Of a stretch of DNA of 64,000 nucleotides, positions 25,941 to 38,830 are shown one piece after another. The DNA is from Octopus bimaculoides (Eukaryota), in the NCBI RefSeq assembly GCF_001194135.2, contig NC_068987.1, positions 14,821,972 through 14,885,971 of the forward strand. The letters are read 5' to 3'. Each line of letters opens with the position of its first letter. The stretch's first letter is position 1. Position numbers and translations under genes: made by a program. The notes beneath the pieces were generated by a model. It was not told the DNA's origin. It was given only the letters and a program-made list of their open reading frames with translations, and searched no databases.

Positions 25941-28900
25941 AATAGTTGCATATACAAGCCAAAAGTAACGATTGCAGGCAAACTAATGAGCAGAATCGGT
26001 TGCATCTTCTTTTTTCTATATCTGTTGTTTATTAGCGATTTACCGAGAAAGCGGTAAAGATGGAGCTTAACCCATTCTCGCTATAGCTGGAATCAGCGTG
26101 ACAGAGTTTACGTAGATTTCGGGAAGAATTATTTTCAGTTACTCGATCAAACGGAGTAGCTATTTATTTATTGTATTGCAGTGTACCTGACTAAATATTT
26201 CATTGACAAGTGTATAGTTAACATTATTCGCTGACATATTCAGTGTGACATTATACATGACAAGGGTAGTTCTTTAAGCTTCAAGAACAATTCATTTTGA
26301 ATAGCGTACGAACAGCGTACGTATATAGCATACGTATATATGTTTGAATAGCGTACGCATAAACTAGAAGAACAGTTCATTTTGAATAGTGTATGTATAC
26401 GAGTGATTTCAGAATTGCCTTTATATTCATGTAATCTTTTGGCAGAATCAGCGTGATAATGTGCGTGACTAGACTTCATATTCTTGTTAGAAGTACAGTC
26501 TATTTGATTGACTTCAACGCAGCTCTGGTCGAGCTAATTTCATTCATGGAAATGTGATACACTCGGCCCAAGAAAGCGCGCAATGGGAGCTGATTTGTAA
26601 TTTTCTGAATAAATACAGGACATAACAATGTGGCTTTGCAACAATTAGACACATGCACAAACATACGAACAAACATACACATACACATACATACGCACTC
26701 AAACACACACAAGCACACACATGCACTCCGTCACACACGCATATTTGCATAGTGCGGCGTATTGAACATGGCATAAAACCAATGTTTTGAACTCCACGAG
26801 TCCGATTATATATCGGAAGATTTATGTATGAATAGTAAATATCTTATTATTCCAGACTTCTTGCTATAGTTCAATGCGGATATTTTAAACACGGAGTACA
26901 AAATACTTTTAAAGAACCCAATATAAAAATATTATTTTTCCGTCAACAACTTCGCAGGTGACAAATACTGAAATATCAAAACATAAAAACACATCCGAAT
27001 CATCGAATCGTACTTACAAAGAGAAGATAGTTCTGTAAGCTTATATGATGTATTTTATACTCGACGAATATATCGTTTTGAACTCATTATAATCCATACT
27101 CTTACATATCTAAAATGTGGTTTTGTCAGAATGTGTTGATCTCAGTCTAGATTAAGCAGAATAGTTCCATAAACATTCCATGAACATTACTTTTGTTTCT
27201 AAAGCAATTTGCAATAATATTTAAACTTAATTAAATTTACCATTTCAAGCAAACAGAGCCATTGTAAAATATTTCATGGAAAATTCGTTCGTGAAATTAG
27301 TTTTCTTTGATGAAAAATTTCAGTCGTTATAATCGAGTATCGTACACATATGATCTTGCGAAACAGATATCTAAAATCCTAAACCGTTTCAACACTTTTC
27401 TGATAAGCAGAAAATCAGCCAGACAAAATAATGTTAGTCCTGAGAACAAAGGAGAAATCTTTTATATTAAACACACAACGTAGACATAGATTCCATAATA
27501 GCTCCTTACACATACTGATCAAACCATAACGAAAGCCATCAATGTACTTACATATATAGCTGTATGGCTTGCACATACACCGAAGAGATACGCAGACTAA
27601 AGGACTCTACATATACAGATACACACGCATCTTCTAAAACATCACTATAGACATATTCATCAGCACACACACATACACACTATACATACACACAGCGCCA
27701 CATAGAAAACCACGGATACGCATGCATGTGCACATATAATGCATAAGTACATCCAATAGACACACACGCATGCAATCATGCTTACTAAGCTTAAATAACA
27801 CACACATTCCCAAAACAATAACCGCTAGTATACACACATACATCAAAATAATGCATACAATTACTCAATATTTACATATGGACACATGCACACAGAGAGA
27901 TATAAAATCATATATATATATATATATATACACATACATATATATCAGTTTCTTCCCTTATCGCTCTTGCAAAAAAGAAATCTTTATCCTTTGCTTCCAA
28001 CTTTCGAATATTTCGTCCGTTACTTAATGTAGATAATACAGAGTTGTTTATCTTACTCTCCCAGTTATACTTTTTATTCTGTCACTTTCTTTCTTTCTTT
28101 CTTTCTTTCTTTGTGAGAGAGAACTAAAATCCCGAAACGTCATATACATTTGTATTTCTCGTTCGTGTGCACCAAACAAAGAAGAAAAACCTATATTAAT
28201 AAAAGAAAGAAAAATATTATACATGATCATACAAATGGAAGAAAATATTCGAATGATAAAATAAAACATAAAATCACATAAATATGCATATCCACTCACA
28301 CGCGCGAGCGTTGTATTGATATATTCATCTGTGCATATGTCTGCTTGCTCAAACCATGATGCTATGCAATTGCTTTATCATATGTCGTAGCACTATTTTT
28401 CGCTTATTCTGCTATCACTGATAATTCATTTAATGATGTCATTCCGATATATTAAAACAAAATGTAACATTTGAATATACAAACATACATAAGGGATGAA
28501 TTGGGCTGAGTTCAAACTTTACCAAGTTCTTCTTTGCCGTCCATTCCCTGACAGGAGTGGCGTCTATAAATATTGCACTCGTTAGTTAATTATGATCTCA
28601 TTCAGCATAATGCCCTCTCAAATTCACACACACTCATTGCCGCGGTCCTTTAGTTTTTCTAAGCACTGTAAAAGCCGTGAACTTTCCTGCACCACCTCGT
28701 TCATCGAGTTACGTTATTTTTGTTGTCGATAACAGTAAAGTGTACCCCTGCTTAATAGGCCAGTTGAATGTAAAGTACCTTCACTTGGTAGGTTTACTGA
28801 GAGTACAGTACAACAACTCTATGCTTGGAAACGGAGCTATTAATATAATCGGACAGGAACCAGTGAAACTTTAAGCATATGGCTTTCTTGTTGACTCGGT

Positions 28901-29505
28901 GTATCGTACATAGTTCTTTTTTTGGTTGTAATCAGAAGCAATAATTCAATTTCGCTAAAGGCGAAAGTCATCCATATAGTTAATATCATTGTTGTGACAT
29001 TTATAAGTTGTACATAATCACTAATGTGTTGTACATCACATAAATGTCAGACCAAAACGTAGGTGGACTCATTTATCTTATCGTTTTGGTTTGAACTTGA
29101 GGTAGAGAGAGAGTAACACACCGACCTATTATTTATGTTCATATATTGATCTCTTATAGATACAATTTCTCTTGTCTTTTAATATATTGATACGGCTGTC
29201 ACACGGTTTGTTAGCATCGTTGCTATACATGTGGGAATATGTTACTGTTGATTTATATATCACATCTACATACGAGACAAAATAACACACATACAGGATT
29301 AAAAAAATAAAATACGTGAAATCACGACAACCGACAGCTTTAATGTTCCTGTCTTAATCCCCTAATTCCTAACTTATTGAAGAAAACAGCCGACAGAATA
29401 CGGTATTTGGATGTCGAATCATTGGTTTAGTGTTAGGAACTTAATATCCGCCATCAATGGCGTTAGTGTGCAGCAGCATTGTCAATGGTTTACCAGACAG
29501 ATTGT

Positions 29506-29890
29506 GGAGGCGCAATGGCCCAGTGGTTAGGGCAGCGGACTTGCGGACATAAGATCGCGGTTTCGATTCCCAGACTGAGCGTTGTGAATGCTTATTGAGC
29601 GAAAACACCTAAAGCTCCACGAGGCTCCGGCAAGGGATGGTGGTGAACCCTGCTGTACTCTTTCACCACAACTTTCTTCTCTCACTCTTACTTCCTGTTT
29701 CTGTTGTGCCTGTAATTCAAAGGGTCAGCCTTGTCACACTGTGTCACACTGAATCTCCCCGAGAACTACGTTAAGGGTACACGTATCTGTGGAGTGCTCA
29801 GTCACTTGCACGTTAATTTCACGAGCAGGCTGTTCCGTTGATCGGATCAACTGGAACCCTCGACGTCGTAAGCGACGGAGTGCCAACAGG
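29506..29890 (+). mobile_element. Full-length tRNA-derived SINE (family E), 385 bp, perfect 15-bp TSD
   Basis: A box TGGCCCAGTGG (29516-29526), B box GGTTTCGATTCC (29559-29570); TSD taccagacagattgt at 29491-29505 and 29891-29905. Confidence 0.95.
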
Positions 29891-30149
29891 TACCAGACAG
29901 ATTGTAGTGGTAGTAATGATGGTGGCAGCGACGGTAAATGGTTACCTGGCTTTTATCGTATGATAAATGTTATATGGTATCTGTGGCTAGCGACTGGTTT
30001 TTGTGTGCCTTAATTGTCATCAGTCTGCGCTTGTTTAATTTATATACTTTTCGTTTCGTTTCTTTTTGTCTGCTGCTCTCCTCAGTATTTTGTCATCTAA
30101 CCCATCTTCAGTTTATTTCCCTCTCCATAATTGTAAGATGATAAAAAAA

Positions 30150-30695
30150 GCACTAATAGTTTTGGGCCTCCGGCTGGCCCAATCGCTTTGACCAATCGCT
30201 GACTCCTGATATGAAGGAACGTTTTTCGATAGTCGTCAGGTTGTGAACCTTTGGAAACTGTTATAGCTATTGACGCTGCTCTTATTGACTTCTGCATTTG
30301 ATTTTTCTCCACTTCTTTTCTGGATTGAAAGCTCTCAAATGACCCTTGTTGTCACACGAGTAGCAACTAGGCCTTCTGCTCTTTACCCCCAATCTATTTA
30401 CTTTCTCTATTTGTCTTATTCTCTGCTGTATAGCTTAGCAATACAACTCCAAAAGAGTCTTTCTGTTTTCAGAGGTTACCATGATCGGCACATTCATGTA
30501 GACGCCATCCAAATGCATCTCGTTGCATGTACTTATGCTCTTACCACTTCAAGGCGCTGTGTCGCAAATGTGACGATAGACACAAGCTCAGCGTCTGTAG
30601 CAGTGCCTATAACCATTGCCCTCGTATATCCTCGCTCCAATACTGCAGCATCGATCTGATGGATGATGGGTAGAATACCAATTCCGCCTGTCGCT
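30150..30695 (-). pseudogene. Decayed retroelement gag/ORF1-like coding relic with CCHC-type zinc knuckle
   Basis: Minus-strand translation ...IQQRIRQIEKVNRLGVKSRRPSCYSCDNKGHLRAFNP (C-x2-C-x4-H-x4-[N] at 30321-30365), preceded in another frame by GGIGILPIIHQIDAAVLERGYTRAMVIGT; stops and frameshifts present. Confidence 0.5.
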
Positions 30696-30742
30696 AAATA
30701 TTTTGCTCGTATGTTTTAACGATTCTACTAGCTCGCCGCCTA
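30690..30742 (-). mobile_element. SINE A head fragment
   Basis: Reverse strand taggcggcgagctagtagaatcgttaaaacatacgagcaaaatatttagcg. Confidence 0.75.
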
Positions 30743-30744
30743 AA

Positions 30745-30890
<146 letters not shown>

Positions 30891-31616
30891 ATAATAGATC
30901 TCCGATTTTCATTTAGTACAACGTGATCAAAAAGCAGCTCTTCTCTAGAGCTGTGTTAAAATAGTCGTTCATTTCAAGCAACAACATCAACAACAACAGC
31001 AGCAACAACAACAACNNNNNNNNNNNNNNNNNNNNNNNNNNNNNNNNNNNNNNNNNNNNNNNNNNNNNNNNNNNNNNNNNNNNNNNNNNNNNNNNNNNNN
31101 NNNNNNNNNNNNNNNNNNNNNNNNNNNNNNNNNNNNNNNNNNNNNNNNNNNNNNNNNNNNNNNNNNNNNNNNNNNNNNNNNNNNNNNNNNNNNNNNNNNN
31201 NNNNNNNNNNNNNNNNNNNNNNNNNNNNNNNNNNNNNNNNNNNNNNNNNNNNNNNNNNNNNNNNNNNNNNNNNNNNNNNNNNNNNNNNNNNNNNNNNNNN
31301 NNNNNNNNNNNNNNNNNNNNNNNNNNNNNNNNNNNNNNNNNNNNNNNNNNNNNNNNNNNNNNNNNNNNNNNNNNNNNNNNNNNNNNNNNNNNNNNNNNNN
31401 NNNNNNNNNNNNNNNNNNNNNNNNNNNNNNNNNNNNNNNNNNNNNNNNNNNNNNNNNNNNNNNNNNNNNNNNNNNNNNNNNNNNNNNNNNNNNNNNNNNN
31501 NNNNNNNNNNNNNNNNNNNNNNNNNNNNNNNNNNNNNNNNNNNNNNNNNNNNNNNNNNNNNNNNNTATATATACATACTTATATATATAATTTAGATCAG
31601 AGATAGCGAGATACAA

Positions 31617-31648
<32 letters not shown>

Positions 31649-31841
31649 TAAACGAAATGAAATAACAAAAATTATAATCAACAAAACAAAAATAGAATAA
31701 ATAATAAAAATGAAAACTTGAAAAAAAAAAAAAATAGAATAATCTGATAGAGAAGACAAAATTATTTTTCCAGATCTGTTTCAACGCGAATATGCGGAAT
31801 AAACAAACACACATACATACATACATACATACATACATACA

Positions 31842-31875
<34 letters not shown>

Positions 31876-32047
31876 CATACACATGCATGTATACACACAT
31901 ACATGCATACGCATACATGCATACATACATGCTTACATGCATATATGTATGCATCAATGCATACATACACACACATATATATATACACATGCATTAATAC
32001 AAACACGTATATATGTATACATATAATTATATGCATACATAGACATC

Positions 32048-32081
<34 letters not shown>

Positions 32082-32216
32082 TCTACACCTATCTATCTAT
32101 CTATCTATTTATCTATCCTATCTATTTCTGTGTGTATATATATACACAAATAACTGAGTTTGTGTGTGCACATGAGTCCACACGTATGAATATATCATAA
32201 TACGTATGTATGTGTG

Positions 32217-32264
<48 letters not shown>

Positions 32265-32399
32265 TATATATATACATATTTGTACGTGAGTGTATGTATG
32301 TATACATGTATGCTTGTATGTTTGTGTGAGTGTGTTGTGTGTGTGTGTGTATGTGCGCGCACATGGGTAAACCCTTAGATAAATGTATATAACCATTAA

Positions 32400-32605
32400 G
32401 TATTTTCGCAACACCACAATTATCACCGCACCCAACACTTCAGCCACCTCCTCTCATCAACAATGCCACCACCACCCTCGCCACCAGCACCACTACCACT
32501 ACCACTACCACTACCACAACCGCAACCACAACCAGAACCAGAACCGCCACCACTACCTCCAGAACCACACATCGCTCTCACCTCCCCACGTTTCTCCTAC
32601 CTCAA

Positions 32606-32644
<39 letters not shown>

Positions 32645-33147
32645 ATAGCGTGGTTACGAGATTACAATGTACATCGCAGCGATTAGCGCAACAACGTCAA
32701 TATCAAGCCTTATTGCTTCCATTAACAACAATGACAACAACAGCTACAACAACCACAAGAGTAGCAATAACAACAACAACAACAACCACAACAACAGCAG
32801 CAGCAGCAGTAGCGGCAGCAGCAACAGCAACAACAACTATAGCAATAACAATGACGCTACCGCTAAACACACTAGTGGTACTGTAATCATCTCAAACTGA
32901 CAACATTGACTTCAATATGCGAACGTTGTCATCGCCGTTGTTCTCGTTATCAGCAAACCGATCACCACCACCACCACCAAAACAACAACAACGATACCAC
33001 CACCACCACAAGCACCAAAACACCACCACCACAACACCACCACCAACACCACAACCACCATCACAAGCACCAAAACACCACCACCACCACCAGTACCACC
33101 ACCACCACCACCACCACCACAACCAAAACACCACCACCACCACTACC
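32400..33147 (+). repeat. Compound C/A-rich triplet tract (CAC, AAC, CAG, AAT) with an (AAAT)n insert
   Basis: Seen directly; runs into a gap. Confidence 0.9.
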
Positions 33148-33624
33148 NNNNNNNNNNNNNNNNNNNNNNNNNNNNNNNNNNNNNNNNNNNNNNNNNNNNN
33201 NNNNNNNNNNNNNNNNNNNNNNNNNNNNNNNNNNNNNNNNNNNNNNNNNNNNNNNNNNNNNNNNNNNNNNNNNNNNNNNNNNNNNNNNNNNNNNNNNNNN
33301 NNNNNNNNNNNNNNNNNNNNNNNNNNNNNNNNNNNNNNNNNNNNNNNNNNNNNNNNNNNNNNNNNNNNNNNNNNNNNNNNNNNNNNNNNNNNNNNNNNNN
33401 NNNNNNNNNNNNNNNNNNNNNNNNNNNNNNNNNNNNNNNNNNNNNNNNNNNNNNNNNNNNNNNNNNNNNNNNNNNNNNNNNNNNNNNNNNNNNNNNNNNN
33501 NNNNNNNNNNNNNNNNNNNNNNNNNNNNNNNNNNNNNNNNNNNNNNNNNNNNNNNNNNNNNNNNNNNNNNNNNNNNNNNNNNNNNNNNNNNNNNNNNNNN
33601 NNNNNNNNNNNNNNNNNNNNNNNN

Positions 33625-33780
33625 CTGAATCTCTCCGAGAACTGAATCGCTCCGAGAACTGAATCTCTCCGAGAACTGAATCTCTCCGAGAACTTAGATG
33701 TTAATTTCACGAGCAGTATGTTCCGTTGATCGGATCGAATGGAACCCTCGTCGTCATAACCGACGGAATGGCACGGTCAT
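33625..33780 (+). mobile_element. SINE E 3' portion preceded by a 17-bp tandem repeat derived from its body
   Basis: ctgaatctctccgagaa x4 (33625-33692), then gttaatttcacgagcag...gttccgttgatcggatc...ggaaccctcgtcgtc matching 29812-29880. Confidence 0.9.
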
Positions 33781-34104
33781 CACCAGTGGCAACAGCAGCA
33801 GCGGCTGCGGCGGCATCGGCGGCGGCAGCAGCAGCAGTAATCGTGCAACCGCCTCCCCATACGCTGTACTATCTCCACGTTCACTACATTGATTACCGTC
33901 GCCTATACAATTTTGTACTAAACCAATGGCCCCGACATAATTGTCTGCGTCGGAGTCCGAGACGCTGTGACCATTGTCAGCATTATCAGAAGCAGATTAA
34001 TCATCGTGATCATCACTGTCATCATCATCACTATCGCCATCATCTTTAAATGTAAGGCAAACAAGTCGTTGAACGGCATGTTTATTCCGGTGAGATTACA
34101 CACA

Positions 34105-34136
<32 letters not shown>

Positions 34137-34196
34137 TACACACACACACAAACATTCACGAATACATGCACAAACATACACACATGTATTTATTGC

Positions 34197-34232
<36 letters not shown>

Positions 34233-35351
34233 NNNNNNNNNNNNNNNNNNNNNNNNNNNNNNNNNNNNNNNNNNNNNNNNNNNNNNNNNNNNNNNNNNNN
34301 NNNNNNNNNNNNNNNNNNNNNNNNNNNNNNNNNNNNNNNNNNNNNNNNNNNNNNNNNNNNNNNNNNNNNNNNNNNNNNNNNNNNNNNNNNNNNNNNNNNN
34401 NNNNNNNNNNNNNNNNNNNNNNNNNNNNNNNNNNNNNNNNNNNNNNNNNNNNNNNNNNNNNNNNNNNNNNNNNNNNNNNNNNNNNNNNNNNNNNNNNNNN
34501 NNNNNNNNNNNNNNNNNNNNNNNNNNNNNNNNNNNNNNNNNNNNNNNNNNNNNNNNNNNNNNNNNNNNNNNNNNNNNNNNNNNNNNNNNNNNNNNNNNNN
34601 NNNNNNNNNNNNNNNNNNNNNNNNNNNNNNNNNNNNNNNNNNNNNNNNNNNNNNNNNNNNNNNNNNNNNNNNNNNNNNNNNNNNNNNNNNNNNNNNNNNN
34701 NNNNNNNNNNNNNNNNNNNNNNNNNNNNNNNNNNNNNNNNNNNNNNNNNNNNNNNNNNNNNNNNNNNNNNNNNNNNNNNNNNNNNNNNNNNNNNNNNNNN
34801 NNNNNNNNNNNNNNNNNNNNNNNNNNNNNNNNNNNNNNNNNNNNNNNNNNNNNNNNNNNNNNNNNNNNNNNNNNNNNNNNNNNNNNNNNNNNNNNNNNNN
34901 NNNNNNNNNNNNNNNNNNNNNNNNNNNNNNNNNNNNNNNNNNNNNNNNNNNNNNNNNNNNNNNNNNNNNNNNNNNNNNNNNNNNNNNNNNNNNNNNNNNN
35001 NNNNNNNNNNNNNNNNNNNNNNNNNNNNNNNNNNNNNNNNNNNNNNNNNNNNNNNNNNNNNNNNNNNNNNNNNNNNNNNNNNNNNNNNNNNNNNNNNNNN
35101 NNNNNNNATATATTATATATATATATATGGATGCATGTAAGTACATGCATAGGCATATGCAAATTGCCTGTTTGAGCTGTATCTTTTGCTGAAATAGATA
35201 TATCTGGGCTCTCAGTAGACCACTTCATAAATATAACATCATCAATTATTAGAATTTAATTAGATATGCTCTAGGTTATCTCCCACACCACCACCATCAC
35301 CACTAACACTATCACCGGCCACCAGTCTGCTCCCACAAACACCTCACCTCA

Positions 35352-35390
<39 letters not shown>

Positions 35391-35749
35391 ATTATATATT
35401 AACTGTTGTTGACGATAATTAGAATAACGGCAATGAGAATTATTTTCAAAATATTGGCACAATATCAGTCGAGTACTGTGATGTAAGACAGAAAATACCC
35501 CAGAGGGCGCTGTGCATATTAAAACACGGCTTCGGCAGACTCTCGCGTATGGAATATAGTAAGCTCGAAAACTTTGATAAATAGATTATATCTATGATAT
35601 TAGTTGACTAAAACTCCCTCTTAGGATTCCTCAATTTCTGAAATCAAGAGGAAGGGCACAAATCCTATAAGTTCATTTGATAGAAATTTCTGAACCGTTT
35701 AAGCAATGAAGTTTATAGTAGATCAAGCTAATAATACCAAATGGTGAAA

Positions 35750-35790
35750 CAATGGACATGTTTCGGTATTAGTAAACCTCCTCAGTGAAA
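35750..35790 (-). ncRNA. Candidate minimal hammerhead ribozyme motif; core intact, helix I not evident
   Basis: Reverse strand CTGAGGA-ggt-ttactaat-acc-GAAA-catg-TC: G-C closed stem II, palindromic ACATGT, GUC triplet. Confidence 0.45.
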
Positions 35791-35848
35791 TGTATTATAT
35801 TGAGATGGTAAAACTTGAAAGTAATGGGTACATACATATACACACACA

Positions 35849-35849
<1 letters not shown>

Positions 35850-35911
<62 letters not shown>

Positions 35912-35945
35912 TTGTCTGTCTGTCTGTCTGTCTGTCTTCTCTCTG

Positions 35946-35984
<39 letters not shown>

Positions 35985-36001
35985 GTCTGTCTGTCTATCT
36001 G

Positions 36002-36066
<65 letters not shown>

Positions 36067-36100
36067 TTGTCTGTCTGTCTGTCTGTCTGTCTTCTCTCTG

Positions 36101-36143
<43 letters not shown>

Positions 36144-36160
36144 GTCTGTCTGTCTATCTG

Positions 36161-36215
<55 letters not shown>

Positions 36216-36236
36216 GTCTGACTGTCTGTCTCTCTG

Positions 36237-36297
<61 letters not shown>

Positions 36298-36306
36298 GTC
36301 TGTCTG

Positions 36307-36359
<53 letters not shown>

Positions 36360-36360
36360 G
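35850..36360 (+). repeat. Compound (TATC)n/(TGTC)n tract with higher-order repetition
   Basis: The variant block tttgtctgtc...gtcttctctctgtctatc recurs at about 35910 and 36066. Confidence 0.93.
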
Positions 36361-37299
36361 CATGCAGAATATGCACATGTATGCGTGTGTGTGTGTCTGT
36401 GTGAATGTTTGTGTGCATGTGTGTGTGTATGTATTTTACTTCCTTCTCATTTTTTTTCTTTATTCTCTCAATTTTATATTGTCATTTAATCGCAGAACAG
36501 ACCTAATCGTGAGCAAGCCTATAATCATTGACGTTCCAGCCGTAACCACCCTTTCTAAGTTTCCGACATAGTGTATCTCCGGAATCAAATGCGAACTTTC
36601 TTAATACTTCATGATCTTGGCTATTTGAGGAGATATTTGGTAATCATTTAAAGCAGGTCGACTAACCACGTAGTGAGATTTCCTTCGTTGCTTTGGTTCT
36701 TTAATACGTTTTAACTGAGGAAGCTATTGAAAGCAAATGTGTCCACTTATGAAAGACCACCATTTGTTTGGTCTATGGCAGAGAACAACTTCAAATACAG
36801 AAGAAAGCATTTATTATTGATCTGTTCGGAATAATTACAAGTTACTACTTTTCCTGCTTCTAGCAACGTTGCTCTAATTACAGCACTGCGTAATGATCTG
36901 TATTAGTGTTTAATTATTGTGACCTCTTCGGTCAATTGACATATATGACACATTCCATTGACGTCAAACCGATGCCGCAAGAGTCGTATCATATCGTATT
37001 ACTTACTGAACAGAAGTACTTTTAGCGAGGTAACCCTGCACTTAACGTATTCGTATCGCAATCACGTGACTCTAGGTTCGATGTGAGTGCGTTAGTACTT
37101 GTCGTTTGGGACCAAGTTTCTTCTAGATTCGTGGTAGACACGAGTCGAACGACACATTGTAAGTGGAATTTTGTGGAGTTTTGGTATTTGTTCTGCATCG
37201 AATTGCAGATACTTCCTTGTTCTTCTCACCGTTCGAAATTCTCTGGACCGGTTTTGGGGTATCTGTAAGCCCGTAACCACCTACCGATAATATTGGCTG

Positions 37300-37560
37300 C
37301 CGAATGTGCATGTGTGGTTAAGAAGTTCCCTTTGCAGCCATGTGGTTTCAGGTTCGACTCAACAGCACAGCACATTAGGTAAGTGTCTTCCACTGTAGAC
37401 CAATACCTTGTGAGCGAGTTTCATTGTCGGAGACTGTAGAGAAGTGTCAGAGACTGTAGATAAGTACTGGGGTCGATTCGCTCGGCTAAACCGCTTTGAA
37501 CGGTTTAGCCAAACAAATGGCCACAGTCCAGTGACTGGAACAAGTAAAAGATAACAGTTA
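37300..37560 (+). mobile_element. SINE B copy lacking the central microsatellite and part of the tail
   Basis: tgtgtggttaagaagttccc...aggtaagtgtcttccactgtag...ggagactgtag joined directly to gataagtactggggtcgattc...atggccacagtccagtgactggaacaagtaaaag. Confidence 0.82.
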
Positions 37561-38379
37561 AAAGTTAAATTTAAAAAATAACCCAAGGAAGCAATTGGCT
37601 ATAAGGAAACGACAATGCTGAGAACTGACGTAATGCGAAAAATCGAAGGAAACTACAGCTGATCAGCTTAACACGCAGATGTACTGTTAGAATTACAGAT
37701 CGAAACAAGTAAATAGTAATATAGTAAGAAAACTAGTACTGGTCTGGTGAACAGACAGACGTTTGTTTTGAGAAAAAGATTTTGTCAAATATATGAGTTT
37801 TTTGCGGAATTTATAAACAAGAGACCAAAGGGACATATATATACATACTACATATATCTCTCCGTTTTCTTTCTACGTTCAGTTGTTGTTTTTTTTTTCA
37901 GTCCTTTCTATAGGTGAGCGTAGGTTCGAAATTTAAAAGAAGTCTTCCATTTTACCTGAGCGTCAAACTATTATATTTTGTTTGTTGTTCCCTCAACTGT
38001 CTGCCTTTATTCATTTTCTTTTTTGTACGACATTGAACTATATAAGACAAGGCGTAACAATAAGTGTCGTTTCTTTTCTCTGTTTTTACCAGAGTGAAGT
38101 GGAAGATATTTGTATAGGTAGACAGCAGAAATAGCCAGTGAGAAAAATCGAAAGAAATGAGAGATAGAAACGAAAAGTGGTTGTTGTGACTGCTGCTCTT
38201 GTCTAACCAGAAACAAACTCTGACTACTCCATCCTTTCCTGTTTTATTTCATGCTTAGGAATACGCTAGTAAATGGAGTCCCAGACGATAACACTTCTGT
38301 TCAAGACAGCAGAGTGTAATTTGATGGAGATCTAGCTACTGCTTTTCACATGTCGAATTATTACCGAAAGGTTTCCTCA

Positions 38380-38542
38380 TTGACTTAGAAAATACAGGAA
38401 CAAAGAAGAGGTAGAGACTGTGAGAGGGAGTAATGGTATGAAGAAGTTGGACAATGCAGAGAAAAGAGAAAGAATGACAGATAAAGAGTGGTGGGGTGAG
38501 AGAATCGAAGAGAATACGATATATTTATGCAAACTGGGAACT

Positions 38543-38574
<32 letters not shown>

Positions 38575-38830
38575 TGAGTGAGAGAGAGAGAGAGAGAGAG
38601 AGATGGCAAAAAATGGAGTGAGAAAAATGGATTGCGGTATAAGGAGTTGTTGGAGAGAAGATAATAAAGGCATGACATAGCAATACAGAATTAAGGAGAA
38701 TAAAATGTAAATTGAAAACGAAAGTAAATCTATGAGAGAAAGTGGGAGACAAAATGACTGAAAAGATTGATTGTAACAGAAGAGAGAGAGAGAGAGAGAA
38801 GAGAGGCAAGAGAGTGAAGAAAAAGCTTTA
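38380..38830 (+). repeat. Purine-rich (GA) low-complexity tract
   Basis: Seen directly. Confidence 0.85.

Noticed and set aside
28110-28150. GAAACGTC hammerhead-like 3' half
   Set aside because: No CUGANGA, no stem II and no helix I pairing.
29506-29575. tRNA-like sequences (also 5200-5270, 11037-11105, 61090-61160)
   Set aside because: They have A/B boxes but no complete cloverleaf and continue into SINE bodies, so they are SINE heads and not tRNA genes.
33726-34049. 107-aa ORF with a poly-Ala tract resembling a transcription factor
   Set aside because: It starts inside a SINE tail, the poly-Ala comes from a CAG/CGG triplet run, and there is no domain or convincing splice sites.
38060-38145. 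Strong acceptor-like polypyrimidine-CAG with downstream GT sites
   Set aside because: All frames stop quickly or give only a 25-nt candidate; pyrimidine tracts are ubiquitous here.
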